Source of the DNA: Escherichia coli
GTDB taxonomy: Bacteria; Pseudomonadota; Gammaproteobacteria; Enterobacterales; Enterobacteriaceae
Direction: 5' to 3' (one strand)
Assembly: GCF_003334315.1 (NCBI RefSeq)
Contig: NZ_QOWR01000025.1
DNA: 64,000 nt
Part shown: positions 11,371 to 25,802 of the stretch, one piece after another
How the letters are laid out: every line of letters starts with the position of its first letter
Numbering within the stretch: the stretch's first letter is position 1
Notes under the pieces: generated by a model
The model's input: the letters and a program-made list of their open reading frames with translations, nothing else
The model's database searches: none
What the model was told of the DNA's origin: nothing
Made by a program: the position numbers and the translations under genes

Positions 11371-11434
11371 GATGGTGCGATTTTACAGTAGCAATGCCCG
11401 GCACGTTACCGGGCAAATGCGGCGATGACAAGCC

Positions 11435-11824
11435 TTACTGCTCATACAGTTCCAACGGCAGCCCGTCCGGATCGTTAAAGAAGGTGAAGCGTTTTTGCGT
11501 GTATGGATCGACACGGATGGTTTCACACTTCACGTTATGGCTTTCAAGGTGCGCCACTGCCGCATCGATGTCATCAACGCTAAAAGCCAGATGACGCAGA
11601 CCGCAAGCTTCCGGTCGGCTGGGTCGTTCCGGCGGGAACGGAAATGAGAAAAGCTCAATCACATATTGCCCATTAAGCGCCAAATCCCCTTTCCATGAGT
11701 CGCGCGCTTCGCGATAGACTTCGCTTTGCAGCGTGAAACCAAGAATATCGCAGTAGAAAGCTTTGCTCACCGCATAATCCGTCGCAATAATCGCAATATG
11801 GTGAACCTGTTTTAAACCCAGCAT
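11435..11824 (-). CDS. yaeR: VOC/glyoxalase-family protein YaeR
   Basis: 129 aa from the internal Met (MLGLKQVHH...); the ORF track adds 9 upstream codons. Confidence 0.85.
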   Translation of the reverse strand: MLGLKQVHHIAIIATDYAVSKAFYCDILGFTLQSEVYREARDSWKGDLALNGQYVIELFSFPFPPERPSRPEACGLRHLAFSVDDIDAAVAHLESHNVKCETIRVDPYTQKRFTFFNDPDGLPLELYEQ

Positions 11825-11880
11825 AACGTCTCCTTTATTTGTTAACAGCACGTTACTCGCCCGGAAGCCGCTCTGGCAAG

Positions 11881-14022
11881 TTATCCCGCCATTTTTAGGA
11901 CTCGTACGCGGTAAACGCCGTCTTCGTCCTGTTTCGCGCCGTGAATATCCGTTTCAAAACCGGGGTAATGTTGCCCGACGGAACAAAGCATCAGTAGAAA
12001 ATCGAGTACTGTGCGGCTCTCTTTGGTCAGCATTTCTCCAGGCATCAACAGCGGTACGCCCGGTGGATAAGGCAGGATCATATTTGCCGATACTCTACCG
12101 ACCAGTTGTTCCAGCGCAATGGTTTCTACTTCGCCTTTAATTTGTCGTTGCCATGCCTGATGTGGCGTCATGATCATCTCCGGCAAAGTATCGAATGCCC
12201 GCAACATCAAACCGGGAAGATCGTGTTTACGAATCAGCTTATGGATCCCTTGTGCCAGATCCTGAATACGCATATTGCGGTAGAAATCGGGATCTTCTGC
12301 ATAGAGATCGGGTAGCATATTTTTGATCCGCAGGTTGAGATCGTAAGAGCGTTTGAATTCCGTCAACCCACGCAATAATCCCATTGCTTTGGTTTTATCG
12401 ATGCCAATACTAAAGAGAAACAGCAGGTTATAAGGGCCGGTTTTCTCTACTACGATCCCACGTTCGTCGAGGAATTTTGCTACCAGCGCCGCCGGGATCC
12501 CCTCCTCGCTCATATTGCCCTGCTCGTCCATCCCCGGTGTCAAAATAGTGACTTTAACCGGATCGAGAAACATATGATCGGCATCCGCATCGTTAAAGCC
12601 GTGCCACTGTTCGCCAGGCGCAACGGGCCAGCATTCGGCTTCATCCACCTGCGGCGGTTGCCAGATATCGAAAAACCAACCGTCAGACTCTTCCCGCAGC
12701 CGCTGGACCTCTTTGCGAAAATGCAGAGCTCGTTCTACTGAACGGTTAATCAGCCGTTTGCCCGGATTACCACGCAGCATCGCCGCCGCCGTCTCAACCG
12801 AAGCAACAATGGGATAACTGGGCGAGGTGGTGGTATGCATCATAAAGGCTTCGTTAAAGGCCTCTTCGTCATACTCGCCTTTAATGTGGATCAGCGAAGC
12901 CTGCGATAACGCCGCCAGCATTTTGTGGGTCGATTGCGTTTCGAAGATCACTTTTCCCGCAACACGCTCGCCGCTCATACCACTTTTACCCTGGTAGATC
13001 GGATGAAAATGGGTGTACGGCACCCAGGCAGAATCGAAGTGAATCGACGGGACATCCAGCGTCTGTTTGATCCAGTCGGTGTTGTAGAGCAAGCCATCAT
13101 AGGTGGAGTTGGTGATCACCGCATGAACCGGCCATTGTGCTTGCGTGGTAGCAGCGACTTTCTCTTCGATGCTGTCGCGAGTAAATTCACGGCGCGGGAT
13201 CCCACCAAGAATCCCCAACGCATTACGCGTCGGTTTCAGCCAGACTGGCACTACATCGTTCATCATCAACAGATGCGCCAGCGATTTATGACAATTGCGG
13301 TCGATCAACAGCGTACTGCCGGATGGCGCGGCGTACATACCCACAATTTTGTTCGACGTCGATGTTCCGTTGGTAACGATATAACTCTGTTCCGCGCCAA
13401 AAGTCCGCGCGATGTACTCTTCCGCTTCCAGGTGTGGCCCGGTGTGGTCGAGCAACGAACCAAGCTCGGTGACCGAAATAGAGACATCAGCCTTAAGAGT
13501 ATTCCCGCCGAAAAAATCATAAAACAGACAGCCAACCGGGCTTTTTTGATATGCGGTACCGCCCATATGCCCCGGCGTACAAAAGGTGTACTTCCGCTCT
13601 TTGACGTAGGTAAACAAGGCTTTCGTGAACGGCGGTGTAATGTTATCAAGATATTCGTCGGTGTACTGACGCATACGAATGGCGATATCTTCCGCCTGCC
13701 CCAGCGCATATTCAAAAAACCAGAGCGCCATCCGCATATCCTGCACGCTGACATCCATCGTCGAGTGGGTGTTGATGAAGGCATAAAGCGGGAGATATTC
13801 ATTAAGCTGATTGATATCGCTACATAAATCGAGACTGTACTCATCCCAGTCAAAAATCACGCCGCAAATTCGAGGGTTATGTTCGATAAATTTCAGCAAA
13901 TCAACGCTGTTTTGTGGCCAGATAATCTGAAAGCCTTGCGCCACCAGCGCCGACTCCAGTTCTTTGATGGGCTCATCTTTATAAAAGACGCCATGCGGTC
14001 CCATAATGGCAATGATGTTCAT
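11881..14022 (-). CDS. ldcC: lysine decarboxylase, constitutive (PLP-dependent, Orn/Lys/Arg decarboxylase family)
   Basis: 713-aa ORF with the wing, PLP and C-terminal domains of this decarboxylase family; its position between yaeR and accA matches ldcC rather than cadA. Confidence 0.93.
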   Translation of the reverse strand: MNIIAIMGPHGVFYKDEPIKELESALVAQGFQIIWPQNSVDLLKFIEHNPRICGVIFDWDEYSLDLCSDINQLNEYLPLYAFINTHSTMDVSVQDMRMALWFFEYALGQAEDIAIRMRQYTDEYLDNITPPFTKALFTYVKERKYTFCTPGHMGGTAYQKSPVGCLFYDFFGGNTLKADVSISVTELGSLLDHTGPHLEAEEYIARTFGAEQSYIVTNGTSTSNKIVGMYAAPSGSTLLIDRNCHKSLAHLLMMNDVVPVWLKPTRNALGILGGIPRREFTRDSIEEKVAATTQAQWPVHAVITNSTYDGLLYNTDWIKQTLDVPSIHFDSAWVPYTHFHPIYQGKSGMSGERVAGKVIFETQSTHKMLAALSQASLIHIKGEYDEEAFNEAFMMHTTTSPSYPIVASVETAAAMLRGNPGKRLINRSVERALHFRKEVQRLREESDGWFFDIWQPPQVDEAECWPVAPGEQWHGFNDADADHMFLDPVKVTILTPGMDEQGNMSEEGIPAALVAKFLDERGIVVEKTGPYNLLFLFSIGIDKTKAMGLLRGLTEFKRSYDLNLRIKNMLPDLYAEDPDFYRNMRIQDLAQGIHKLIRKHDLPGLMLRAFDTLPEMIMTPHQAWQRQIKGEVETIALEQLVGRVSANMILPYPPGVPLLMPGEMLTKESRTVLDFLLMLCSVGQHYPGFETDIHGAKQDEDGVYRVRVLKMAG

Positions 14023-14074
14023 GTGTTCCTCCTGGAAAATCCTTCCTTAATCATAGCCTGCTCAAACCGTGGCG

Positions 14075-14106
14075 ATAAAAAAGGGCCACCGAAGTGACCC
14101 TTTTTC
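14075..14106. terminator. bidirectional-type terminator between ldcC and accA (terminates accA)
   Basis: Hairpin gggccaccgaagtgaccc flanked by an A tract on one side and a T tract on the other, 15 bp past the accA stop on the minus strand. Confidence 0.65.
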
Positions 14107-14120
14107 AGAACTTTTGCGAA

Positions 14121-15080
14121 TTACGCGTAACCGTAGCTCATCAGGCGCTGATAACGACGATTTTTTAAATCTTCAGTGCTTAACACGTCGAGATCGGCCA
14201 GATCCGCCAGCAGTTGCGCTTTCAACGATGCCGCCATCGCTTCCGGGTTACGGTGAGCACCACCCAGTGGTTCCGGGATGATGGAGTCGATCAGTTTCAG
14301 TTCTTTCAGACGCGGAGCAATGATACCCATCGCTTCAGCCGCCAGCGGCGCTTTGTCGGCGCTCTTCCACAGAATGGACGCACAACCTTCCGGCGAGATA
14401 ACGGAATAGGTGCTGTATTGCAGCATATTCACTTTATCGCCCACGCCAATCGCCAGCGCACCGCCAGAACCACCTTCACCGATAACCGTACAAACTACCG
14501 GTACGCCGAGGCGAGACATTTCACGCAGGTTGCGTGCAATGGCTTCAGACTGACCACGCTCTTCTGCGCCCACGCCAGGATAAGCCCCCGGGGTGTCGAT
14601 AAAGGTGATGATAGGCATCTTAAAGCGTTCAGCCATTTGCATCAGACGCAGTGCTTTGCGGTAACCTTCTGGCGCTGGCATACCAAAGTTACGGCGAATT
14701 TTTTCTTTGGTTTCACGACCTTTTTGATGACCAATGATCATCACCGGACGACCATCGAGACGGGCGATACCACCGACGATAGCTTTATCGTCTGCATACG
14801 CGCGGTCGCCAGCCAGTTCGTCAAATTCATCAAATGCCAGGCGAACGTAATCCAGGGTATAAGGACGCTGTGGATGGCGTGCCAGTTGCGCAATCTGCCA
14901 TGCACCGAGATCGGCGAAGATTTTACGTGTCAGTTCTACGCTTTTTTCACGCAGACGATGCACTTCTTCATCGATGTTAATATCCAGTTTCTCATCCTGA
15001 CGGCTAACCGCAGTCAGAGAATCGATTTTCGCTTCCAGCTCTGCAATCGGCTGTTCAAAATCAAGGAAATTCAGACTCAT
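14121..15080 (-). CDS. accA: acetyl-CoA carboxylase carboxyltransferase alpha subunit
   Basis: 319-aa ORF; sequence matches AccA. Confidence 0.96.
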   Translation of the reverse strand: MSLNFLDFEQPIAELEAKIDSLTAVSRQDEKLDINIDEEVHRLREKSVELTRKIFADLGAWQIAQLARHPQRPYTLDYVRLAFDEFDELAGDRAYADDKAIVGGIARLDGRPVMIIGHQKGRETKEKIRRNFGMPAPEGYRKALRLMQMAERFKMPIITFIDTPGAYPGVGAEERGQSEAIARNLREMSRLGVPVVCTVIGEGGSGGALAIGVGDKVNMLQYSTYSVISPEGCASILWKSADKAPLAAEAMGIIAPRLKELKLIDSIIPEPLGGAHRNPEAMAASLKAQLLADLADLDVLSTEDLKNRRYQRLMSYGYA

Positions 15081-15092
15081 AGTATTCCTGTA

Positions 15093-18000
15093 TTAGTCAA
15101 ACTCCAGTTCCACCTGCTCCGAACCAATGAGGCCACGGAGATCGTTTAATAAACGATCGCTCGGAGAGACACGCCACGTCGCGCCAAAACGCAACCGCGC
15201 GCGTGCATCCGCCCTCTGATAGTAGAGATGTACTGGAATTGTCCCAGAGCGGTGGGGTTCCAGAGACTGACGGAGTCGGTTTAAAAGCTGGTCATCAATT
15301 TGCCTGTCCGTCAGCGAGATAGCAAGCCCGCGAGCATATTTTTCCCGGGCTTCGTCAATATCCATCACTTCGCGAGCGGTCATTTTAAGCCCACCGCTGA
15401 AGTCATCAAAGCTGACCTGTCCGCTGACGATAAGTATGCGGTCTTTTTCCAGCAATTGCTGGTATTTATCCAGGGCGTCAGTAAACAACATCACTTCCAG
15501 CCGCCCGGAACGGTCATCCAGCGTGCAGATACCGATACGATTGCCGCGCTTGGTGACCATAACCCGCGCGGCAACAACGAGCCCCGCAGCCGTGATGACT
15601 TTACCACGTTCTGTCGGGTGCATGTCTTTCAGCCTTACGCCTCCGACATAACGCTCAATCTCTTTTAAATACTGGTTGATAGGGTGTCCGGTCAGGTACA
15701 GGCCTAACGTTTCACGTTCCCCATCTAATACCACCTGCTCCGGCCACGGTTGGCAGCTGGCGTAGGATTGTTCAATTTGTTCCGGCTCTTCGGCCAGCAC
15801 GCCGAACATATCGGCCTGACCGATAGCTTCCGCTTTCGCGTGTTGATCTGCCGCTTTTAACGCATCGCCCAGCGAGTTCATCAGCGCTGCGCGATGTGGC
15901 CCAAGACGGTCAAACGCCCCGGACATGATCAGTTTTTCCAGCACGCGACGGTTCAACTTTTTGGTGTCGGTACGGGCGCAGAGATCAAACAGTTCGCGGA
16001 AGTAGCCGCCTTTATTACGGGCTTCGATGATGGCCTCAATCGGACCTTCACCGACCCCTTTGATCGCGCCAATACCATACACGATTTCGCCGTCGTCGTT
16101 GACGTGGAAATGGTAAAGACCGGAGTTTATATCTGGTGGCAGGATTTTCAGCCCCATCCGCCAGCACTCATCCACCAGACCCACCACCTTCTCGGTGTTG
16201 TCCATATCGGCGGTCATTACCGCCGCCATAAACTCCGCAGGATAGTGCGCTTTCAGCCATAACGTTTGATATGACACCAAAGCATAGGCCGCAGAGTGCG
16301 ATTTGTTAAATCCGTAACCAGCGAATTTCTCCACCAGGTCGAAGATTTTCATCGCCAGTTCAGCGTTGATTCCGTTCTTTTCTGCACCTTCAGCAAATAC
16401 AGAACGTTGCTTAGCCATCTCTTCCGGCTTTTTCTTACCCATCGCACGACGCAGCATATCCGCGCCACCGAGGGTATAACCAGAAAGCACCTGCGCAATC
16501 TGCATGACCTGTTCCTGATACAGGATAATGCCGTAGGTTGGCTCCAGTACCGGTTTCAGGCTTTCATGCTGCCACTGTACGTCCGGATAGGAGATCTCTT
16601 CACGACCATGTTTACGGTCGATAAAGTTATCCACCATCCCTGATTGCAACGGACCGGGGCGGAACAGTGCCACTAGGGCGATCATATCTTCGAAGCAGTC
16701 AGGTTGTAGACGCTTGATCAGGTCCTTCATGCCGCGCGATTCAAGCTGGAATACCGCCGTGGTTTCCGAGCGTTGCAGCATGTCGAAGCTTTTCTTATCA
16801 TCCAGCGGGATCGCAGCGATATCCAGCGGCGGCTCGCCATTCTTCGCCCGCCGCTTGTTGATCATCTCCAGCGCCCAGTTGATGATGGTGAGCGTACGCA
16901 AACCAAGGAAGTCGAACTTCACCAGTCCGGCGTATTCAACGTCGCTTTTATCAAACTGGGTGACCGGATGTTTGCCCTCTTCATCGCAGTAAAGCGGCGC
17001 AAAATCGGTAATTTTGGTCGGCGCGATAACCACCCCACCGGCGTGCTTACCGGCGTTACGGGTGACCCCTTCCAGTTTGCGCGCCATGTCGATCAGCGCC
17101 TTAACTTCTTCATCCGCTTCGTAGATTTCCGGCAGCTGCGGCTCGGCTTCAAACGCTTTCGCCAGCGTCATCCCCGGATCGGGCGGGATCAGTTTCGAGA
17201 TACGATCGACAAAGCCGTACGGATGCCCCAGCACGCGGCCTACGTCGCGGATCACCGCTTTCGCCGCCATTGTACCGAAGGTGATGATCTGCGATACCGC
17301 ATCACGACCGTACATGTCCGCTACGTGCTCGATAACCTGATCGCGTTTCTCCATACAGAAGTCAACGTCGAAGTCAGGCATGGAGACACGTTCCGGGTTA
17401 AGGAAACGTTCGAACAGCAGGTCAAATTCCAGCGGATCGAGGTCGGTGATTTTCAGCGCGTAGGCCACCAGTGAACCCGCACCGGAGCCACGGCCTGGCC
17501 CTACCGGTACGCCGTTATCTTTCGACCACTGGATAAATTCCATAACGATGAGGAAGTAGCCCGGGAAGCCCATCTGGTTGATAACCTGAAGTTCAGTCTC
17601 CAGACGTTCGTCATATTCCGGGCGGCGCTTAAGACGTTCTTCCTCATCAGGGAATAAAAAGGCCAGACGCTCTTCCAGGCCCTCTTTTGCACGCTTGACC
17701 AGATAATCTTCGGTGCTCATGTCCCCGGTCGGGAACTGCGGCAGGAAGTATTCACCAAGACGCACGGTTACGTTACAGCGTTTGGCGATCTCAACGGTGT
17801 TGGCAAGGGCTTCGGGGATGTCGGCAAACAGCTCACACATCTCCTCTTCGCTACGCATATATTGCTGCGGCGAATAGTTACGCGGGCGTTTAGGATCGTC
17901 GAGGGTAAAGCCGTCGTGGATCGCGACGCGGATTTCGTGTGCGTCAAAGTCGCTGCTGTCGATAAAGCGCACGTCGTTGGTCGCCACGACGGGCAAACCG

Positions 18001-18575
18001 CGCGCTTCCGCCAGTTCCACCGCCGCGTGCAGATAGCTTTCTTCATCCGGCCTGCCGGTGCGGATCAGCTCGAGAAAATAGCGATCCGGGAAGTGTTCTT
18101 CATAAAACGCGACACACTCATCTACCAGCGCGCTGTTACCACGCAAAAGACTGCGTCCGACGTCGCCCATGCGTCCGCCGGAAAGAAGGATCAACCCTTC
18201 GTTTAATTCGATAAGCCAGTCGCGATCGATGATCGGCCCGGCGGCACCGTACCCGCGCTGATACGCTTTTGAGATCAGCAACGTCAGATTCTGATAGCCG
18301 GTATTGTTCGCCGCCAGTACCGTCAGGTGGGTTAACTCATCACCCAGCAGGTCGCACTGGACGTTAAAATCTGCCCCGACGATAGGCTTAATCCCTGCGC
18401 CATGTCCCGCTCCGTAGAACTTCACCAGACCACAAAGGTTGGTGAAATCGGTGATCGCCAGTGCTGGCATACCCAACGCCGCCGCCTTTTTTACCAACGG
18501 TGCGGTTTTGGCCAGGCCATCGATCATCGAGTAGTCGCTGTGCACCCGCAGGTGTACGAAACGTGGTTCAGACAT
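15093..18575 (-). CDS. dnaE: DNA polymerase III alpha subunit
   Basis: 1160-aa ORF with PHP domain, polymerase core and OB fold. Confidence 0.97.
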   Translation of the reverse strand: MSEPRFVHLRVHSDYSMIDGLAKTAPLVKKAAALGMPALAITDFTNLCGLVKFYGAGHGAGIKPIVGADFNVQCDLLGDELTHLTVLAANNTGYQNLTLLISKAYQRGYGAAGPIIDRDWLIELNEGLILLSGGRMGDVGRSLLRGNSALVDECVAFYEEHFPDRYFLELIRTGRPDEESYLHAAVELAEARGLPVVATNDVRFIDSSDFDAHEIRVAIHDGFTLDDPKRPRNYSPQQYMRSEEEMCELFADIPEALANTVEIAKRCNVTVRLGEYFLPQFPTGDMSTEDYLVKRAKEGLEERLAFLFPDEEERLKRRPEYDERLETELQVINQMGFPGYFLIVMEFIQWSKDNGVPVGPGRGSGAGSLVAYALKITDLDPLEFDLLFERFLNPERVSMPDFDVDFCMEKRDQVIEHVADMYGRDAVSQIITFGTMAAKAVIRDVGRVLGHPYGFVDRISKLIPPDPGMTLAKAFEAEPQLPEIYEADEEVKALIDMARKLEGVTRNAGKHAGGVVIAPTKITDFAPLYCDEEGKHPVTQFDKSDVEYAGLVKFDFLGLRTLTIINWALEMINKRRAKNGEPPLDIAAIPLDDKKSFDMLQRSETTAVFQLESRGMKDLIKRLQPDCFEDMIALVALFRPGPLQSGMVDNFIDRKHGREEISYPDVQWQHESLKPVLEPTYGIILYQEQVMQIAQVLSGYTLGGADMLRRAMGKKKPEEMAKQRSVFAEGAEKNGINAELAMKIFDLVEKFAGYGFNKSHSAAYALVSYQTLWLKAHYPAEFMAAVMTADMDNTEKVVGLVDECWRMGLKILPPDINSGLYHFHVNDDGEIVYGIGAIKGVGEGPIEAIIEARNKGGYFRELFDLCARTDTKKLNRRVLEKLIMSGAFDRLGPHRAALMNSLGDALKAADQHAKAEAIGQADMFGVLAEEPEQIEQSYASCQPWPEQVVLDGERETLGLYLTGHPINQYLKEIERYVGGVRLKDMHPTERGKVITAAGLVVAARVMVTKRGNRIGICTLDDRSGRLEVMLFTDALDKYQQLLEKDRILIVSGQVSFDDFSGGLKMTAREVMDIDEAREKYARGLAISLTDRQIDDQLLNRLRQSLEPHRSGTIPVHLYYQRADARARLRFGATWRVSPSDRLLNDLRGLIGSEQVELEFD

Positions 18576-18611
18576 CTTCAGATTCCGGTTTACTTAATCT
18601 CGACACAAGAA

Positions 18612-19208
18612 TCAGGACGCAAGTCCCAGTGCGCGTTTGACAGGCCCAAAGCTGCGCCGATGGTGTTCGGTCGCGCCGTGTTCAGCCAGTTTTTCCAGAT
18701 GAAAAGCGGTTGGGTACCCTTTGTGTTGGGCAAAACCATATTGCGGGAAAACAATATCCAGCGCCGCCATTTCGGCGTCACGCGTCACTTTCGCCAGGAT
18801 AGACGCGGCACTGATTTCCGGTACGCGGCTATCGCCTTTCACCACAGCCATCGCAGGCATCGGTAATTTCGGGCAGCGGTTACCATCAATCAACACATAT
18901 TCCGGCGCAATATGCAGCCCAGCGACGGCACGCTGCATCGCCAGCATGGTCGCATGAAGAATGTTCAGGTCGTCGATTTCGTGGGGTTCCGCGCGGCCCA
19001 GACTCCAGCTCAACGCTTTCTCTTTGATCTCTTCATAGAGCGCCAGACGGCGTTTTTCGCTCAGCTTTTTGGAATCATTCAGCCCGGCAATCGGGCGCGC
19101 CGGGTCAAGGATCACCGCAGCGGTGACGACCGCGCCAACTAACGGCCCGCGTCCGACTTCATCCACACCCGCAACCAGCTGCGTGTGCGGATAAACAAAT
19201 TCGATCAT
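18612..19208 (-). CDS. rnhB: ribonuclease HII
   Basis: 198-aa ORF with the conserved GVDEVGRG motif. Confidence 0.95.
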   Translation of the reverse strand: MIEFVYPHTQLVAGVDEVGRGPLVGAVVTAAVILDPARPIAGLNDSKKLSEKRRLALYEEIKEKALSWSLGRAEPHEIDDLNILHATMLAMQRAVAGLHIAPEYVLIDGNRCPKLPMPAMAVVKGDSRVPEISAASILAKVTRDAEMAALDIVFPQYGFAQHKGYPTAFHLEKLAEHGATEHHRRSFGPVKRALGLAS

Positions 19209-20353
19209 TGTGCTAACTCCAGAACGGCTTGTGCCGCCTGCTCATCGGCATTGCAGCGGATCTGCTGATGCAGTTCACGGAAGGTATCGTGCATCGCGTG
19301 GCTGGTTTTCCCGTTCGCCAACAGCGGTAACAGCGCCGCAGCCAGTTTTTGCGGCTCACACTCTTCCTGCAATAATTCTTTGACTAACTCTCTGCCCGCC
19401 AGCAGATTTGGCAGCGAGACATAATCAGTTTTCACCAGCCGCTTCGCCAACCAGAAGGTAAAAGGCTTCATGCGATATCCCACCACCATCGGGCATTTCG
19501 CCAGCATACACTCCAGGGCTGCCGTACCCGACGCCAGTAGCGCCGCATCGCTGGCGACCATCGCCTCACGGCCCATCCCATCCAGCAAATGAACTGAAAG
19601 GTCTGGCGCGACTTCAGCTTTGATGCGTTCAAACTGCTCGCGGCGTTTGGCATTCACCAGTGGCACCACGATTTCGAGATCCGGATATGTCTGGCGCAAA
19701 AGCTGGGCCGTTTTCAGGAAATCGGCACTAAGCATTTCAACTTCTGCACCACGGCTCCCCGGTAGCAACGCCAGGCAGTGGGCATCGTGAGGGATCCCCA
19801 GCACATCACGGGCGGCATTTTTATCTGGATCTAATGGCATGGCATCAGCCATGGTATGACCGATAAAGCGGCACGGTACGTTGTATTTGTCATAAAACGC
19901 TTTTTCGAAAGGCAGAAATGCGAGCACCAGATCGGTGGCTCTGCCTATTTTGAAAACACGTTTCTGTCGCCACGCCCAGACTGACGGACTGACGTAATGA
20001 ATGGTTTTGATACCCTGCTTTTTGAGGTTACCTTCAAGAGTAATATTGAAGTCAGGCGCATCAATACCAACAAAAACATCTGGCTTCAGTTCGCCAAAAC
20101 GCTTTGTCAGATCGGCACGAATATGCAGTAAGCGACGCAGACGACCGAGCACTTCAACAATGCCCATCACCGCCAGTTCTTCCATTTCGTACCAGGCTTC
20201 GCAGCCTTCAGCCTGCATTCGTGGCCCGGCAACACCAACAAAGCGGGCGTTGGGCACATGTTCTTTCAGAGCGCGGATTAAACCGGCCCCCAGGATATCG
20301 CCGGAGGTTTCTCCGGCGACCAGGGCAATCGTTAATGGACGCTGTTCAGTCAT
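19205..20353 (-). CDS. lpxB: lipid-A-disaccharide synthase
   Basis: 382-aa ORF; its stop overlaps the rnhB start by 4 bp. Confidence 0.95.
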
Positions 20354-21141
20354 TAACGAATCAGACCGCGCGTTGAGCGTGCAAAGAAATCGGTAAAGGC
20401 TTTCACTTCCGGATATGTTTCCGCCAGTTCAGCAATTTCCGGTTTCACTTCATCGAGCGTTTTACCGCTACGATAAATCAGCTTATACGCATTGCGGATA
20501 GCGGTAATCGCCTCACGGCTGAATCCGCGGCGCTTCAGCCCTTCGATATTGACACCGAACGGCGTTGCGTGGTTACCCTGCGCAATGACATAAGGAGGGA
20601 CGTCCTGCGCCACACCGGAGCAGCCGCCAACCATCACGTGCGCACCAATGATGCAGAACTGATGGACTGCGGTCATGCCGCCGATGATCGCGAAGTCGTC
20701 AACCGATACGTGACCCGCCAGCGTTGCGTTGTTGGCGAGAATACAGCGGTTACCTACCGTACAATCGTGCGCAATGTGCGCGTTGATCATCAGTAAGTTG
20801 TCGCTGCCCACCTTCGTCAATCCACCGCCCTGGACTGTGCCACGATGAATGGTGACGCTTTCGCGAATGCGGTTACGATCGCCGATTTCCACACGGGTCG
20901 GTTCGCCAGCATATTTCAGATCCTGGTTAACTTCGCCGATGGAGGCGAACTGATAAATCTCATTATCGCGGCCAATTTTAGTATGACCATTCACGACAAC
21001 GTGAGATTTCAGTACGGTACCCTCACCAATTTCGACATGGGGTCCAACGATACAAAAAGGACCAATGTGTGCGTTCGCGCCAATTGACGCGCCCTCTTCC
21101 ACAATGGCGGTTGGATGCACAAAGGCGGATTTATCAATCAC
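20353..21141 (-). CDS. lpxA: UDP-N-acetylglucosamine acyltransferase
   Basis: 262-aa ORF with left-handed beta-helix hexapeptide repeats; 1-bp overlap with lpxB. Confidence 0.95.
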
Positions 21142-21144
21142 GTA

Positions 21145-21600
21145 TCAGGCCTCCCGGCTACGAGCACACATCATCGTTGCTTCGCAAACTACTTTACCAT
21201 CGACCAGAGCAACCCCTTTAAAACGGGTCAGGCCGCGGCGCGTTTTTTCGAAAGTGACTTCCATGATCATTTGATCGCCAGGCACGACCGGGCGCTTGAA
21301 GCGCGCTTCGTCAATACCAGCGAAGTAGTACAGCTCACCCGGTTCCAGTTTTCCTACGCTTTTAAACGCCAGAATACCTGTTGCCTGTGCCATTGCTTCC
21401 AGAATCAGCACACCCGGGAAAATCGGTTTTCCAGGGAAATGGCCCTGGAAGAATGGCTCATTGACAGAGACATTTTTTACTGCGCGCAGAAAACGACCTT
21501 CTTCAAAATCCAGCACGCGATCCACCAGTAAGAACGGGAAACGGTGCGGCAGAAGTTCTAAAATCTCTTCAATCTGCAGAGTATGAGTGTTAGTAGTCAA
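21145..21600 (-). CDS. fabZ: 3-hydroxyacyl-ACP dehydratase FabZ
   Basis: 151 aa starting at TTG (complement of 21598-21600), preceded by RBS aggaag; the ORF track's ATG-initiated extension adds 31 non-conserved residues. Confidence 0.9.
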
Positions 21601-21704
21601 GATACTCTTCCTGTCAAAATATAAGAAACGACAATAATAACACGGCCTGCCGCAATCGTAAGAATGAGACAGGCCGTAAAGTTTGGCGAACAAAAGATGG
21701 AACG

Positions 21705-22730
21705 TTAGTCTTGTTGATTAACCTTGCGCTCAAGCGATTTCAGACGCTTGCTCATGTCATCAATGTTCATCACCAGTGCAGCGGTTTTGCGCCAGACTTT
21801 GTTGGGTTGCAGCGGAATGCCTGAGGAATAGACGCCTGGTTCAGTGATGGGACGCATCACCATACCCATGCCCGTAACCGTCACTTTGTCGCATATTTCC
21901 ATATGCCCGTTGATTACGCTGGCTCCGCCGATCATGCAGTAACGACCAATTTTCAGGCTGCCCGCCATAATGACGCCACCGGCAACCGCCGTATTGTCGC
22001 CAATCACGACGTTATGTGCAATCTGGCACTGGTTATCAATGATCACGCCATTGCCAATAATAGTGTCATCCAGCGCGCCGCGATCGATGGTTGTGCAGGC
22101 ACCGATCTCCACGCGATCGCCAATAATTACGCGACCAATCTGTGGGATCTTCACCCAGTTACCACGATCGTTGGCATAACCAAAGCCGTCTGCGCCTACC
22201 ACTGTTCCGGACTGGATCAGGCAATTCTGACCGATCTGGATCTCATGGTAAATGGTTACGTTCGCCCAGAGACGCGAACCTGCACCGATTTTGCTGTTTT
22301 TACCTACGAAGCAACCGGCACCGATAATCACGTTATCGCCCAGTTCAACGCCGGACTCAATCACCGCGTTAGCGCCAATCGATACGTTGTTACCCAGCTT
22401 CGCCGTCGCGTCGATCACCGCACTGGGTGCAATGTTCTGCGCGGGCTGCGGCGTGGTATCTAAAATTTGCGCCATGCGCGCGTAAGTCAGGTAGGGATTC
22501 TTCACTACCAGTGCGGCACTTTTCGCGAAAGGAAGATCGTCCTGGGTCATGACAACCGCGGACGCCTGGCACAAGCCTAAATGCTCACGGTATTTTGGGT
22601 TAACCATGAACGTAATGTGACCTGTTTGTGCAGATTGCATGGACGCAACGCCGGTGATGACGATATCGCCATCACCGTGTAGTTCTGCATCCAACTGCTG
22701 CGCTAAATCAGCCAGTCGAATTGAAGGCAT
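21705..22730 (-). CDS. lpxD: UDP-3-O-(3-hydroxymyristoyl)glucosamine N-acyltransferase
   Basis: 341-aa ORF with hexapeptide repeats. Confidence 0.95.
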
Positions 22731-22733
22731 TAC

Positions 22734-23219
22734 TTATTTAACCTGTTTCAGTACGTCGGCAGTGATGTCTTTTACATCGCTGCTGTTGTAAGCAACGGCG
22801 TTTGCATCAACAACCAGATCGATATCCTGGCTGTTGGCAACGGATTTCACAGCAGTCTGGATACGAGTAACCAGTTTGCCGCGTTCTTCGTTGGAACGAC
22901 GTGCGCGATCCTGCTCAAAAGCCTGCGCTTTCTGAGCAAAAGTCTGGCGCTGAGCCATCACGTCTTTTTCCAGCTTAGTGCGATCGCTGCCCGCTTTCAT
23001 GGACTGCAGCTTTTTCATTTTAGCCTGCAGATCGGTTTCCATACGCTGCAGTTCGCTGGCACGGCCTTTGAACTCATTTTCCAGCGTGTTAGAAACACCG
23101 GTTTTCTGCGCTACCTGCTGGAACAGGCTGCCCATGTTGACGATTGCAATTTTGTCAGCCGCCTGAGCAGAAGTTGCCAGTGCTAAACCGAGACCTGCAG
23201 CTAATAACCACTTTTTCAC
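22734..23219 (-). CDS. skp: periplasmic chaperone Skp (OmpH)
   Basis: 161-aa ORF with signal peptide and coiled-coil-rich sequence. Confidence 0.95.
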   Translation of the reverse strand: MKKWLLAAGLGLALATSAQAADKIAIVNMGSLFQQVAQKTGVSNTLENEFKGRASELQRMETDLQAKMKKLQSMKAGSDRTKLEKDVMAQRQTFAQKAQAFEQDRARRSNEERGKLVTRIQTAVKSVANSQDIDLVVDANAVAYNSSDVKDITADVLKQVK

Positions 23220-23340
23220 AATAAACTCCTTACCATCCCATTTGCACCGGAGGGTGCAGTTCTTTGCGTGGCCCGGCGATCTTATATTGATCGCCTAAAG
23301 TCATCGCTACACTACCACTACATTCCTTTGTGGAGAACAC

Positions 23341-25791
<2,451 letters not shown>

Positions 25792-25802
25792 CTAACTAAC
25801 TC

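Noticed and set aside
12925-13827. 300-aa and 182-aa ORFs antisense within ldcC
   Set aside because: Both are fully contained in the ldcC coding region on the opposite strand, with no RBS context and an R/H-rich unstructured-looking translation; shadow ORFs.
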